64,000 bases of DNA. It comes from the human T2T-CHM13v2.0 reference genome, Homo sapiens. The stretch's first letter is position 1; every line of letters starts with the position of its first letter. Position numbers and translations under genes: made by a program. The stretch lies in NCBI RefSeq assembly GCF_009914755.1, contig NC_060927.1. The stretch is one strand, 5' to 3'. The notes beneath the pieces are model-generated. The model was not told the DNA's origin and ran no database searches. It was given only the letters and a program-made list of their open reading frames with translations. Below are positions 12,130-24,533 of the stretch, one piece after another.

Positions 12130-12540
12130 GTTTTGTCAACAGCTTTATTGTAGTATAATTTGCATACAATAATGGCACACATTTAATGTGCACAGTGTGA
12201 TAAATTTTGACATATGTATACATCCATGAAGCCGGCACCACAATCAAGATAATGAACATCTCGCTTACCCCAGAAGTTTCCTGTGCCCTGTCACTCCTCC
12301 GTATTCCTCCATCCTCAGGTAATCACTCATATACTTTCTATCACTATAGATTATTATGTATTTTCTAAAATGTTATATAAATAGAATCCTAGAGTATATA
12401 CTCTCCTTTGTCTGTTGTATTTATTTTGAGATTAATTCATGTTGGTTTCTGCATCAGTCGTTCATTCCTTTTTATTGCTGAGTAGCATTCTGTTGTAAAG
12501 ACATACCACAATTTGTTTGTCTGTTCACCTGTTGATGGCC
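12130..12540 (-). mobile_element. L1M (MB/MC-type) 3' end
   Basis: aacagctttattgtagtataatttgcatacaat...caccacaatcaagataatgaacat...ttcattcctttttattgctgagtag...ttcacctgttgatgg. Confidence 0.85.
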
Positions 12541-12544
12541 TCTA

Positions 12545-12745
12545 ACACTTTTACATGTCATGTTGCATTTATCTGTCATATTCTTTTCACACTACTGTGA
12601 GGTAAGTCTTATTATGCCCATTTAAGGGAAGATGCATTTAGACTTCAGAGAGAGAAACTAAGTTACCTAATTGCTCAGCTAATAAGAAACAGAGCTTAGA
12701 TCTCTGTTTTTTAACTCAGTAAAGCCTATGTTTTTTTTCTTACTT
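12545..12745 (-). mobile_element. MIR
   Basis: ctgtgaggtaagtcttattatgcccattt...cagctaataagaaacagagc. Confidence 0.6.
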
Positions 12746-13506
12746 CACCATCTTTCTAAGCACAGATCTGCACACAAAGTTAGATACTCATTAGTTGATT
12801 TTTATCTACTCTAATTAGCACAACTTACATATTCAGAAAAGCTTCTCCAATTTTATATGCTTACTTTCAGCTTTGATGCTGTATTTATACCACAGTTGGG
12901 AAATAACCTATTTTCTTCTCTGTTTTCTCTTCAAAATAATAAACCAGAAGAATTCAGTATCCAAAATTTGGTCGTTTTTACTCTACTATACTGAACAATT
13001 AGTCCATTTTACTATCATGCCAAACAGCTCACACTTTAACAAATCAACACTAAGTGTGCTCTATTCAGATGCCTTGAAATTTCAAAGTAAAATGGCAAAT
13101 GATACTAGATGAAAAACGTTAAGAATTTCAGCAGATTTTGCAGTGATGAAACTTTGTCTTACCTCTTAGAAAATGCCATTGCGCTGACTTTAGTGCCTTA
13201 AACTTCTAAATTGCATTTGACTTACATGTTTTCACTTGTGTGTGTACAGTCTCCCCAATTCAGTTGTGAACTCTTTGAGATCATCTAGCAAGCCAACTCT
13301 CTATAAAATCTGTATGTCCGAGTTCAAAGCTCTAACTCCACTCAACCCAGATGGTATACATTCAAATCCTGTTGGCCTAACATTTTCAAATGGAAAGAAT
13401 ACAATTAGAAAGATTTTACCTGAATTATAGAAGCCTCATAAAGCAGTGAGAGCCTAGAGGCTAAGGAGTCATGGGGAAGTTAAATAAAGTCTTAGTCATG
13501 AAGATC

Positions 13507-13955
13507 CTGTTGAAGCTCTGTCTGTATCCCCTAAGTGCTTGCCTCTGTAGTCAGCTTACTGAAAACCCTTTAATTCTCTCCACCTAAGGTCATTTCTCTG
13601 TCTTTGGAAGCAAGCTTGGCCAGCATGCAGGGCAGGCTAGAAGTGCAGAAAGGTTAATGCTCCAGGAATCAATCCTAAACCAATAACAGAAAGTTGGTAG
13701 ATAAGTACCTTAGCACCTTTGCTTCTGGGAAGGGGTAATTCTAAAGCTGTTCTACTTTGTTTTGAGTTCCCCCAGTGAGTTGGGTTCTGTTACCCACAGC
13801 AGTCAGCTGCTCAATAAATCACCCTTTATTATCTTCCTTCTCTGTCTCATGTCTCAGTTTTTCTCCCTCTGTGTCTTGGGATCACTTCTCAAATAAACTT
13901 CTTGCACCAAAATCCCTGTCTCAGAGGCTAATATGGGGGAAAGCCAAAGACAGAC
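13507..13955 (+). mobile_element. LTR16-family (ERVL) solo LTR
   Basis: gcagggcaggctagaagtgc...gttaatgctcc...tgggatcacttctcaaataaacttcttgcaccaaaatccctgtctcag. Confidence 0.75.
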
Positions 13956-13989
13956 GTTAACCACCATGGCACGTCTATAGCGTATTGGG

Positions 13990-14602
<613 letters not shown>

Positions 14603-15468
14603 TGATAGTGCCCAGGAAAGGACTGGGTACATTACAGCTCCCAGTAAAAGCTGGTTAAATTGCAAGGATTTTTTCTTTATTTGTTGTGACTCTTGTGAAA
14701 CCTTGACCAGCAATTTAGAATGAACATTGGCTTTGCTAGCTGTGTTTGCAGAAGTAATATCAAAATGATATCCTATTCATGTTTCTGCAAGAGTAATGTC
14801 TACCATTCATTCTGGCCTCACTGATGGTGTGCTGATAAGATTACTATAAGTGAACATTCTCATTCTGTGCCTCTCATTATTGAGGAAGGAAACTCAAGGA
14901 GTTCCAAATATATTTTATTTTTTTAATATGATAACATGCACACACAATTTTCCTCATTCTTGAATATATGCAATTTATCTATCAGAGCAGGTTTCATTTT
15001 TTATGCACTTGCATTTATTCCTTTCTCATCCATGTGTCAGAGAGAAGGGATTGTAATCACTGAAGGAGCATTTGTATAATAAAAGTGATATCTGCAATTC
15101 CTTCAGAGAAGAGCGTGAATAAATAATCTGTACATTCTTAATGCATTGCTCCAAATATGAGTTTCAATTTGCACAGAAGTTTCAATAAATTGTTTTGTGT
15201 CCCTAAAGACCTACAGATGCCTCATGGGATACATTGTAAAGGATTCCATTTAGAAAGAATTTTGCTTGTGAGTAATATATTCTCTATACTTTTCTTCCCT
15301 TTGTTAATGCCTAATGACATTGAATAATACAATCACTTTTTTCTTTTAATAAGTGATAGATACAACATGAACTTCAGTCTAAAGTTTCTGACTTGTTCAG
15401 AATTCATCAACAACTTTTCATTCAAGGATTTCAAAGCACAGCATACAACCAAAATTGAGGTCAAATTG

Positions 15469-15883
15469 TGATGTGGTTTGGCTCTGTGTTCTCACCCAAA
15501 TCTCATGTTGAATTGGGATTTTGAGTGTTGGAGGCAGGGCCTGGTGGGAGGTGACTGGACCATGGAGGTGGTTATAATGGCTTCGCACCATCCCCCAAGT
15601 GCTATCTTGTGATAGAGTTCTCACGTGATCTGGTTGTTTGAAAGTGTGTAGCATCTTCCCCTTCTCTATCTCTGTCTCTCTCTCTCTCTCTCTCTCTCCT
15701 GCCATCCGTAAGAAGACGTGCTTGCTTCCCCTTCACCTCTGCAATGATTGTAAATTTCCTTAGGCCTCCCCAGCCATGCCTCCTGTACAGCCTGCGAAAC
15801 TGTGAGCCAATTAAATCTCTTTTCTTCATAAATTACCCAGTCTCAGGTAGTTCTTTATAACACTGTGAGAATGGACTAACACA
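15469..15883 (+). mobile_element. MSTA solo LTR (MaLR)
   Basis: tgatgtggtttggctctgtg...ggcctggtgggaggtgactgga...aattacccagtctcaggtagttctt...ggactaacaca; perfect 5-bp TSD AATTG. Confidence 0.92.
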
Positions 15884-15899
15884 AATTGTAACTTGAATT

Positions 15900-16100
15900 T
15901 GTATAATAATTAACTTTGCATTTAATAAGTAATGCACACTACGCTAAGTTTTATGTATTTTATCTTTACAATATTCCTATGATGTGGGTGCTATACTCAT
16001 TTTATTGATAAGCAAACTGAGGCTGAGAAAGGATGCTTTGCAGGAGGTCACACAATTGTTACAGTGTTTAAATATTAATCACAAGTTTTGTCATTTTATA
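15900..16100 (-). mobile_element. MIR
   Basis: cattttattgataagcaaactgaggctgagaaagg...ggtcacacaa. Confidence 0.65.
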
Positions 16101-16509
16101 CCTTTTTAATCAGTACTGTACAGACATTCCCCTGCAGGTTAGCCTAAATGTCAAATAATTTCTCTGTAATAGTTGGTACTTGTTCTGAAGGCATTAAATA
16201 GCTTGTGATTTACATTATGTTGCTGAAGGTTTTACATAATACTTTGCTTGAATTATTATAAAAGGAACGGCAGTTAACATTGTTGTTACATCTCAATCAA
16301 TGTTAACCAATTCAACTTAGACAATAACATCAAATTCTTCATGTTTTTGTTGCTTTGGTGGTTTAGAAGGGTTCTGAAACTCTTTACATACATATGCCAA
16401 TGATTCATTTCTGGATTCATTGTGCTGGTAGTATGGATGAAACATGCTGTTTTAAACATAAATTAATTACAATGGGCAGAATAAATAAAGATTCTACCTC
16501 TTAAATTTA

Positions 16510-16833
<324 letters not shown>

Positions 16834-17169
16834 TAAATTTAAGTAATTTTTTTAGCTTAAGGATGTTATGAAGCTTCAAGTCTGTTATCTAGGAAGCTTA
16901 TAACACTCTAACATTAATAGAGTATCATTTTTGTAATTGTTTATAAAATTTCATGTGAAAAATGGGAAAGAAGGGAGCCAAAATGTTTTAAAAAATCTTT
17001 TTGGACCTCTAACCTGTGCCAAGCATATTCCAAGGTGTTAATTACTTCCATTGCATTGTGGTAACAGCTTGAGAAGTGGAGTGCTGATAGTCCACATCCA
17101 TTTTATCAAGGTTATGCGAGGTCAAGAAATTTGCCCAAGTTGAAGTCACTTGGAAGTGTCACAGTGGGG

Positions 17170-17353
17170 ATTTTTTTTCCTTTAAAAAATTAAAAAAATT
17201 TTTTTCTTTATGATTTTTTTATGCATGTGTATTTTTAGTAGAGACAGGGTTTTGCCATGTTGCCCAGGCTGGTCTTGAACTTCTGAGCTCAAACAATCTG
17301 CCTCAGCCTCCCAAAGTGCTGGGATTACAGTTATGAGCTACCGCACCTGGTCC
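17170..17353 (-). mobile_element. FLAM / Alu left monomer inserted in a MIR
   Basis: tagagacagggttttgccatgttgcccaggctggtcttgaac...gagctaccgcacctggtcc; MIR sequence on both sides (about 17000-17410). Confidence 0.85.
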
Positions 17354-17489
17354 GGTGTGGGAATTTTAATCATGGACAGTCTAACTTCACAGTGCAGGCC
17401 TTTTCTGTTTCAGCATATCCCAAAACATGGATGACACAAACCAGTAACTACAAAGATGATAATTGGTGCTATGTGAAAATTACGTTTTT

Positions 17490-18210
17490 ATATGGGCCAA
17501 ATGAATTTGGTTAACAATAGGTGGAACAAAGTTAACCGTATTTCTTTACTATAGGATTTCTCAGAGCCCATAATATGCTAATTCACAAACTAAATCTGAG
17601 TTATGGCAGGCTCCTAGGATTCTAACCCCCTAGCCTACCTGTCCTATCTGATCTTCCACTGAGTGAGGGTGGGATTTGTGAAACTGATGGGATAGCACTC
17701 CTGTGAGTAGGCGATATGATGTAGCAAAAGTGAAGGATCACAAATCAGTTGACTTTACATTAGTCAAAAAGGAGAATCTCCTGTGTGGGCCTGACTAAAT
17801 AAGAGGGACTGGGCTCTTCGCACTGACCTTGAAGAACAGACAGCTAAGTGCGACTGCCTGTGGAGAGAGTACATCTCTCTCTGCTGGGGGCCTCAGTTCA
17901 GCCTCTACCAGGAGCTGAATTCTACCATATGAGCTTGAAGGAGGACCCTGAATTCCAGGAAAGAACATAGCTAACACCATGATTTCACCCCTGTTAGACT
18001 CTGAGCAGAGGACCCAGCCAAGCCAAGCTTGGACTCCTGACCTAGATAAAAAATGGTTGCTTTAAGCTGCTAAGTTTGTGGTGATATGTTATGCAGCATA
18101 GAAAACTCATATGGGGATATAACATTTTGTTTTCAAGAAATCTTTCTTTTTTTCCCCAGAGTATCTTATGGGACTGGTGTTCCATAGAATCAACTTTGGG
18201 AAATGCTGTG
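17490..18210. mobile_element. hAT-Charlie relic (MER103-like), split by an MLT1 LTR
   Basis: tttctttactataggatttctcagagcccataatatgctaat before the LTR and gggactggtgttccatagaatcaactttgggaaatgctg after it. Confidence 0.5.
17600..18112 (+). mobile_element. MLT1E/F solo LTR
   Basis: aaatcagttgacttt...gggcctgactaaat...ctgagcagaggacccagccaagcc...tttaagctgctaagtttgtggtgatatgttatgcagcatagaaaact. Confidence 0.8.
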
Positions 18211-18343
18211 TTTTTATGGCATTCTTTTCTCCTTCAGAGAAAGACTGATGGTTAGACACAGCCTCTGCTACCAGGAATGGTTGGAGCTCGTGATTCAGAG
18301 AAGGGATGCATGTCCCTTTGGTGAACCTGGTTTCCATGTGGGA

Positions 18344-18464
18344 TGAAGGTTGAAGTTGATGAGTTAGTGAGGTGAGGTTGACTTGATGGTTGGTAGTGAG
18401 GTGAGGTGAGGTTGAGTGGGATGGTAGTGAAGGTTTAGTTGATGAGTTAGCAATGTTTAGTGAG
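18344..18464. repeat. Degenerate (GTGAG/GTTGA)n low-complexity tract
   Basis: Repeated gtgaggtgaggttga units; almost no C on the + strand. Confidence 0.75.
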
Positions 18465-18876
18465 AGTGATGGTTAATTTTATGTGTCCACTTGACTGGGC
18501 TACGAGGTGCCCAGATATTTGGTGAAATATTATTTCTTGGTGTATCTGTGAGGGTATTTCTAGATGATACTGACATTTGAATTGGTGGACTGAGTAAAGC
18601 AGATTGCCCTCATTAGTGTGGGCAGGCTTCATCAAATCTGTTGAGAAGGCCTAATAAAATAAAAGGCTGCAGCAGAAAAAATTCTCCTTCTCTGTCTGTT
18701 TTCAAACTGGAACATCAGTCTCCTGTTGCTTTTGGTCTTGGGTCTCCAACTTGCCTATTGCAGATCTTTGAATTTTCAGTCTCCGTAATCATGCAAGCCA
18801 ATTCCTTATAGTAAATCTATATCTATAGTTGTATCTCTTATTGGTTCTATTTCTCTGGAGAACCTAGACTAATACA
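18465..18876 (+). mobile_element. MLT2 (ERVL) solo LTR
   Basis: gtgatggttaattttatgtgtccacttgactgggcta...ggactgagtaaagcagattgccctc...tctctggagaacctagactaataca. Confidence 0.9.
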
Positions 18877-19371
18877 GCTGGGTTCACAGTGACAGAGAGT
18901 GGTAGGCACCTGGAGTCATGAGTGGGCTACTCAGATAGGTCCTCACATTGTGATATTTATCCTGGGGAATTATCACAGCCAAGGCACTTCCCTTCTCATC
19001 CTTACCGATTATGAAATTCACGCTATCAATGTCCCAGAATTGATGAACGATTCCTTCCAAAAACACTAAAAGAAGGAAATCAAAGTGCCCACAATTTACA
19101 ATGATAAACACAAGAGTTGGATACACCATCTTTGAGTGGGTCTTATTGGGCCATCTTCCCCTTACAAAACATCACATTTGTGATGTTTTAGATATGGGTG
19201 GTAAGAAAGAAGGGCACATCCTAAACAACATCTAGGTTTCTGACATGTTAATAGAATGGTTGATTCACAGTGGCCATTCCTGAGAAAGGATCTCAGTTAA
19301 GTGGAGAAAGATCATTAGTTAAGTCATGCTGAACTTGAGATGCTTTTGAAACATCCAAAAAAAAAAGGAGC

Positions 19372-19601
19372 TGTTGAGATCTGCCTGGGCAACAAAGTGA
19401 GACCCTGTGTCTACAAAAAATAAAAAAGTTAGCTGAGCATGCATACCTGTCATCCTAGCTACACTGGAGGCTGAGGCAGAAGGGTTGATTGAGCCTAGCA
19501 GTTTGAGGATGCAGTAAGCTGTGTTCACACCACTTCACTTCAGCCTGTGTGACAGAACAAGACCCTGTCTCAGAACAACAACAACAACCAAAAAAAAAAA
19601 A
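19372..19601 (+). mobile_element. AluJ, 5'-truncated
   Basis: gcctgggcaacaaagtgagaccctgtgtctacaaaaaa...gacagaacaagaccctgtctc followed by an (AAC)n/A tail. Confidence 0.9.
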
Positions 19602-19648
19602 CTGTTAAAATTAAATATGTATTAAATATGTGGTCTCTCCCAGGCTGA

Positions 19649-19682
19649 GCATATATATATATATACATACATACATACATAC

Positions 19683-19724
<42 letters not shown>

Positions 19725-19728
19725 ACGC
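19649..19728. repeat. Compound microsatellite (AT)n(ACAT)n(GT)16
   Basis: 80 bp of uninterrupted purine-pyrimidine alternation, read directly. Confidence 0.95.
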
Positions 19729-20396
19729 TCCATCTGCATAAAGATAATAATTGAACCTATGATCATGAATGAGATTATCCAAGGAGGGGGATCAAAAGAG
19801 AGGCCCTAAGATTCCTGAGGAATTGCTATGGCTAATGGGCTGGTAAAGGAGGATAAGCCTGAAAAGAAGACAAGAACCTTTTGTAAAAGCATAAGAAGAT
19901 AGAGTTTGAGTTCCTACTTGAAGGATAATTAAGCTTCTGACTATAGATATCAGTAGGAAGGACATTCAGGGATAGAGGGAAGATAATGAACTAAATCATT
20001 CAGGGCAAAGTGAGCAGGGCAGATGAAGGCAAGGGCAAGTTACATAGTTTGATTGTTGAGGCTGAGAAAGAGAGAACTAAAAAAGGAGATAATTGCCTTA
20101 TGACAAGCAGTCTGAAATGCTATTGTACAGATTTGTATTCATCCAGCAGACTTGTGGTTTTGAAACTCAGGAGGCCAGGTGTTAGTGCTCTGCACCTCCT
20201 GCCCACACATCACTGTGGCACCTTTGCTGCTATCTTTTCATGTGTGGCTAACATAGTATTTTGAGACATGAAGTTGTTATCTATAGAGTCACAGATATGA
20301 ATCTATATTATGTTTCCTCTGTGTATTTCCTTCAGCTCAAATAAGAATATGCTGTATACAGTCATGGCCTGTTTTGTTTTTCCATAGTGAAGGCCA

Positions 20397-20630
20397 CAGG
20401 TTGGAAACTCAAATTACCTAGAAGGATGAGACAGGGAACGTAAACAGGTGAAGTGGACTGGGTGCAAGAGAACCAGGAGATGATGAGGTCTGTAGTAAAC
20501 TGAAGAGCCACTTTTCTTCTTTAAAGGATTCAAATCTAACTTAAACAACAAAACCAAACACTGTGCAAGCCACACAATGCCTGTCTGTGCGCTGTAGTCA
20601 GCCCCAGGGCCACCTATTTATGACCCCTTG
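20397..20630. mobile_element. MER102-like hAT element
   Basis: aaactcaaattaccta...aacgtaaacaggtgaagtggactgggtg...aaacactgtgcaagcc...gggccacctatttatgacccc. Confidence 0.65.
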
Positions 20631-20689
20631 ATGAAATTTTGGAGGAATTGGGTGAAGAAGATAATAGAAAAGTAAGAAGACTAAAACTT

Positions 20690-21238
20690 ACAGGTATACA
20701 TACCAAAATGTGCTAAAGAAGTAAAGGGGAGCATATGATTTCCTCTCCCCGTCCCCCAAGATTAGAGGTATCCCTCCACATTGTGGAGGGGTTGGAGAGA
20801 CCAAAGGGAAGTTTAGAAGTGCCTGAATCCTGGGGCTGCCTGGGAGGTAGTAAAGCCTTAGGACAATGGCTGTCCATGAACAGACACAGCATGGAAGCAG
20901 CAGAGACCCTGTGCACTGGAAGGGCCAGGTGGGCAGGAAGAGTGTGGGGGTAATCGATGCTAATTCCTTGGTCCCACACATCACTGAGAAACCAGGAAAG
21001 CCTGTCTATTGTTGAGACTTTCGGCTCAGCTGAGGATCCCAGCACCATGGTTCAACCCTGGGAATGTGGGAGAGGTCACGAATTAGACTGAGATTTTCTT
21101 CCCTCCTAAAAAAAAAAAAAAAAAAAAAAAAGAGGAACAATCAGAAATTAAGCTGTTATTTTAAAAATACAAATACAGATATATGACAAATTTTACCAAC
21201 CTGGGTCTAAGGCCCAAGATTCGTGTCTCTTATGTACA
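20690..21238 (+). mobile_element. Possible ancient LTR (MamGyp/LTR8x-like)
   Basis: About 550-bp G-rich block ending ...acctgggtctaaggcccaagattcgtgtctcttatgtaca, which recalls old Gypsy-like mammalian LTR ends; poly-A run at 21108-21131. Confidence 0.3.
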
Positions 21239-21439
21239 TTCTGGAGTTCTACAGAAAAATTATCTGGAAATAAACTGAATTCACTGCTGTGAGTGACCAA
21301 TTACCCCTATTTGCCACGGCTCTCTCAGTCTTTCAAACCTAAAATGCTAAAGCTGGGGAAGTTCCAAGCAAAGCAAGACAAACTGATTTCTCTATCACTG
21401 CCAATGAAGCACTAGCAAATTCCTTCCCTGAACAAGGGT

Positions 21440-21680
21440 AGGTTTTTGAAGAGGAGAGTGTTATGATCAGAGCTGTGTTTTGAGATCAATCTACTTGCCA
21501 TGTGTATAATGAGTGGGAAGAGAAAAGAGGCCCTGAGACCAGTTCAAGTTGGGCAGTGGCTCTGATGAGAGAGAGAGGGGGTCTGGATTAGGAAAGAGGG
21601 TGTCAGAACATAGAGTAGAGGCAAGATTCAGATGATGCTGTAGTGATAAGTGGTTATGTCACCAAACTGGGGGATGTGGA
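21440..21680 (-). mobile_element. L2 fragment
   Basis: ggtttttgaagaggagagtgttatgatcagagctgtgttttgag. Confidence 0.55.
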
Positions 21681-21755
21681 GTCAGGTTTTCGTAACTAAA
21701 TAAAACCTTAGCCATACTGGCTGATTTTTAGGCAGTATCTCCATCAGCCTATGCC

Positions 21756-21948
21756 AGTAGTTCTCAACCAAGGAGAGATATTTGGCAATGACTAGATGTT
21801 GTTGGTTATCTCAACTGGTGAATGCTACTGGTATCTCATAGGTAGAGGCCAGAGATGTGTATAAACATTGTACAACACACAGGACAGCCCCCACAAGCAA
21901 GAATTATCCATCCCTAAGCGTCAACCATGCTGAAATTGAGAAACGCTA
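21756..21948 (+). mobile_element. MER20
   Basis: cagtagttctcaacc...atttggcaatg...tgctactggtatct...ggtagaggccagagatg...caggacagcccccacaa...ttgagaaacgct. Confidence 0.85.
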
Positions 21949-22149
21949 AGCTATGTGAACCTGTATGAGAAACACATTACTATTATTATATAGAGCATAT
22001 ATTCTAGGTCTATGTAATGATGTATGCTCTTACAGAAAATATTTGTTGCATTAGACAATGAACTTTTTCAAGTCAGATATTTTTGTCTCTGATTTTCCAA
22101 AACCTAGTACATAATAGATGCTGAAAAATTGTTCAGTGACTGAAGAACA

Positions 22150-22420
22150 ATAGCCATCACTTTTTTGAGCTGTTACCGTGTGTCAGGAACTTCTTTATAA
22201 TTGCATGCAGTGTTCATAACAACCCTTAGTGTTAGGTTTATGATCCCCTCATTTTATGAATAAAAATCTGACGATCAGAGAGGTAAGTCACTTACTATTA
22301 GGTTGATGCAAAAGTAATTGCGGTTTTTGCCATTACTTTTGCACCAACCTTGTAGTAACAAAAGGAGCCAGTACTGAAACCCTTGCATATCTGACTCTGA
22401 TGTTTATTTTGCTAACCACA
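22150..22420 (-). mobile_element. MIR interrupted by MADE1
   Basis: tcataacaaccctt...cccctcattttatgaataaaaatctgacgatcagagaggtaagtcactt, resuming as gtaacaaaaggagccagtactgaaacc...tctgactct. Confidence 0.65.
22298..22352. mobile_element. MADE1 (Hsmar1-derived MITE), internally deleted, 55 bp
   Basis: ttaggttgatgcaaaagtaattgcggtttttgccattacttttgcaccaacct; flanked by TA dinucleotides. Confidence 0.92.
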
Positions 22421-23129
22421 ACACTGAACCAACTCTGTTTTAACCTGGGTCCAAATTGTATTGGCCATATTCAAATTTCCAATTACCCGAATGCTCTAAT
22501 AAGGCCTTTATAAGCTTCATAAACTATCCTCTCCTCTTTATTTTTTTGTTTGTTTATTGCCACTCTCTAAACTTGCTATTGCCATATGCACATTGAGTTT
22601 ATAAATGTACCACATTAGTCAGGAACATTCTTTTTTTATAGCAGAAACATTTCTAGATGTAGTCCTGGGATTTATGTGTTAATATTACCAGTTGGATAGT
22701 ATATTTGATATTATTTTAGTAGATAAGAAATCCTTGATGATAACAGCGAGCAAAAATTACCACTCCTCTTCCCGTTAAAAAAAAAAATCTCATTCTATTA
22801 TTTTGGGGTGAAATGTAACCCAGTGCATTTTCATTTTATTCACTGCTTATATTGTTCTCTCCGTAAATTTATTCAGGAAAGAAAAAGAAAGTTAACTGAG
22901 ATGGGGAAAATTCAACAGCAATGTACGGTCAGCTCTAAAGAATGTATATTGTCGTTTACCACTGTTAGGCTGTCTGATGGTTGATTGCTTTCTGAAAGCT
23001 CTAAAAACAGGAGATCAATATGCTGCAAAAGTCTGTTTTAGCATTGCAGGAATTTTTAACCTCACTATACTGCTATCGGTACGTGGCTAGAATAGACTAA
23101 TCCTGCAAATAGTTCATAGAAACCCCTCC

Positions 23130-23700
23130 ACATTTTTTACCATCTGGCCCCAACCTAACTTTTCCATCTCATCTTCTGTCTCCATCTACACTCCTGTCTC
23201 ACAAGATCAAATATCATTGACTGAATGTGCCCTAAATATCCACCTACCTGGATGTTCAGGTCTTTTGGTCTAAAGTGTTCTACTCTCCTAGGTGAAGACC
23301 AGTTAGTTCTTCGAAGCCAAATTCAAATACCACACCAAATATGAGGCCTTTCCTCACCTGGTTCTCTCTAACCAGCAATCGTTCACTCACTCGTTCAACA
23401 CACTTTTATTGAGCCCTATGTCAGGTACTCTTGAGAAAGTGGCAAATAAAACAGATATGGTTGCAACCCTCCTTGAGCTTATGGCCAACAGCAACCCAGA
23501 AACATTAATTACTGACTTTCCTGGATTCCCACACTGTTGCTTTTTGTCTCTATTTATGTTCTATCATATCTTTATTATTTTTTATCATGGGCCTACCCCT
23601 GAGCATCATAAACCATTCTGTGTCTTATTAATCTTTGCATTTTCTCAGTCCCATCCAAACCTGTCACATAGTAGACACTCAGTAGACTTCTGTGCAGTAG
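23130..23700 (+). mobile_element. L2 fragments (a short opposite-strand L2 end lies at about 23380-23490)
   Basis: catctggccccaacctaac...gaggcctttcct...cacatagtagacactcagtaga; ttcactcactcgttcaacacacttttattgagc. Confidence 0.5.
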
Positions 23701-23774
23701 GATTAGATTTTCTATGCGATACCTGAAATAGTACAATAAGTCAATTACATAATTCTATGGTTCCACTTTAACTA

Positions 23775-24082
23775 ATTTATTTATTTTTCATTTTTTTGAG
23801 ACATGGTCTTGCTCTGTCACTGAGGCTGCAGTGCAGTGGCATCAACCTGGCTCACTGCAGCCTTGACCTCCTGGACTCAAGCAATCCTCTCACCTCGGCC
23901 TCCAAAGTAGCTGGGACCACAGGTGTGTGCCACCACACCTGGCTAATTTTTAAAATTTTGTAGAGAAGAGGTTATGTTACCATATGTTACCAGGCTGGTC
24001 TTAAACTCCTAGGCTCAAGTGATCCTCCCACCTCAGTCTCCAAAAGCACTGGGATTATAGGTAGGAGCCACCATGCCTGGCC
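23775..24082 (-). mobile_element. AluJ, full length
   Basis: gagacatggtcttgctctgtcac...ctcactgcagccttgacctcctgg...gagccaccatgcctggcc. Confidence 0.95.
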
Positions 24083-24234
24083 AACTTTTATTTTTCTAAT
24101 ACTGGTCTCTCTTTTCTCTTTGACTGTTGCCCTGGATTTAAGCAGAAAAATAAGCAAATAGTTTTGTCTATTCAAGGTCCCTTGTTTTTTTCTGATTTAA
24201 AATGCCCTAAAATTTAAACTTGATTTATTCTAAT

Positions 24235-24533
24235 CTGTGCTACTCAATACACGTGGCCACTGATCACCTGAAATGTGATTAGTCTGAATTGATCTTTGCT
24301 GTAAATGAAATCCAATGGAATATGCACTGGATTTTAAAGACGTAAAATATCTGATTAGTACTTTTGTATTGATTATATATTAAAATTATAGAATTTTGAT
24401 TATATTGGGTTAAATAAACTATAGTATTAAAATTTTTACCTGTTTAATTTTGCATTCTCAAATGTGGTTACCAGAAGGTTTTTAATTGTATGCATGGCTT
24501 TCATGATGTTTCTATTGGACAGAGCTGCTCTAG
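24235..24533 (-). mobile_element. MER33 (hAT-Charlie)
   Basis: cacctgaaatgtgattagtctgaattga...tatattgggttaaataaa...tttctattggacagagctgctctag. Confidence 0.8.

Larger units (their letters stand above)
19200..20150 (-). mobile_element. L2 fragments interrupted by an Alu and a microsatellite
   Basis: aggtttctgac...catgctgaacttgagatgcttttgaaacatcc; atgaatgagattatccaagg... Confidence 0.55.

Noticed and set aside
18884-19129. 81-aa ATG-initiated minus-strand ORF in apparently unique DNA
   Set aside because: No recognisable homology or promoter/splice context, and the length is within chance expectation.
22298-22352. Annotating the MADE1 as a miR-548 gene
   Set aside because: The deletion removes most of the 3p arm that would pair with the mature 22-mer, and there is no expression evidence.
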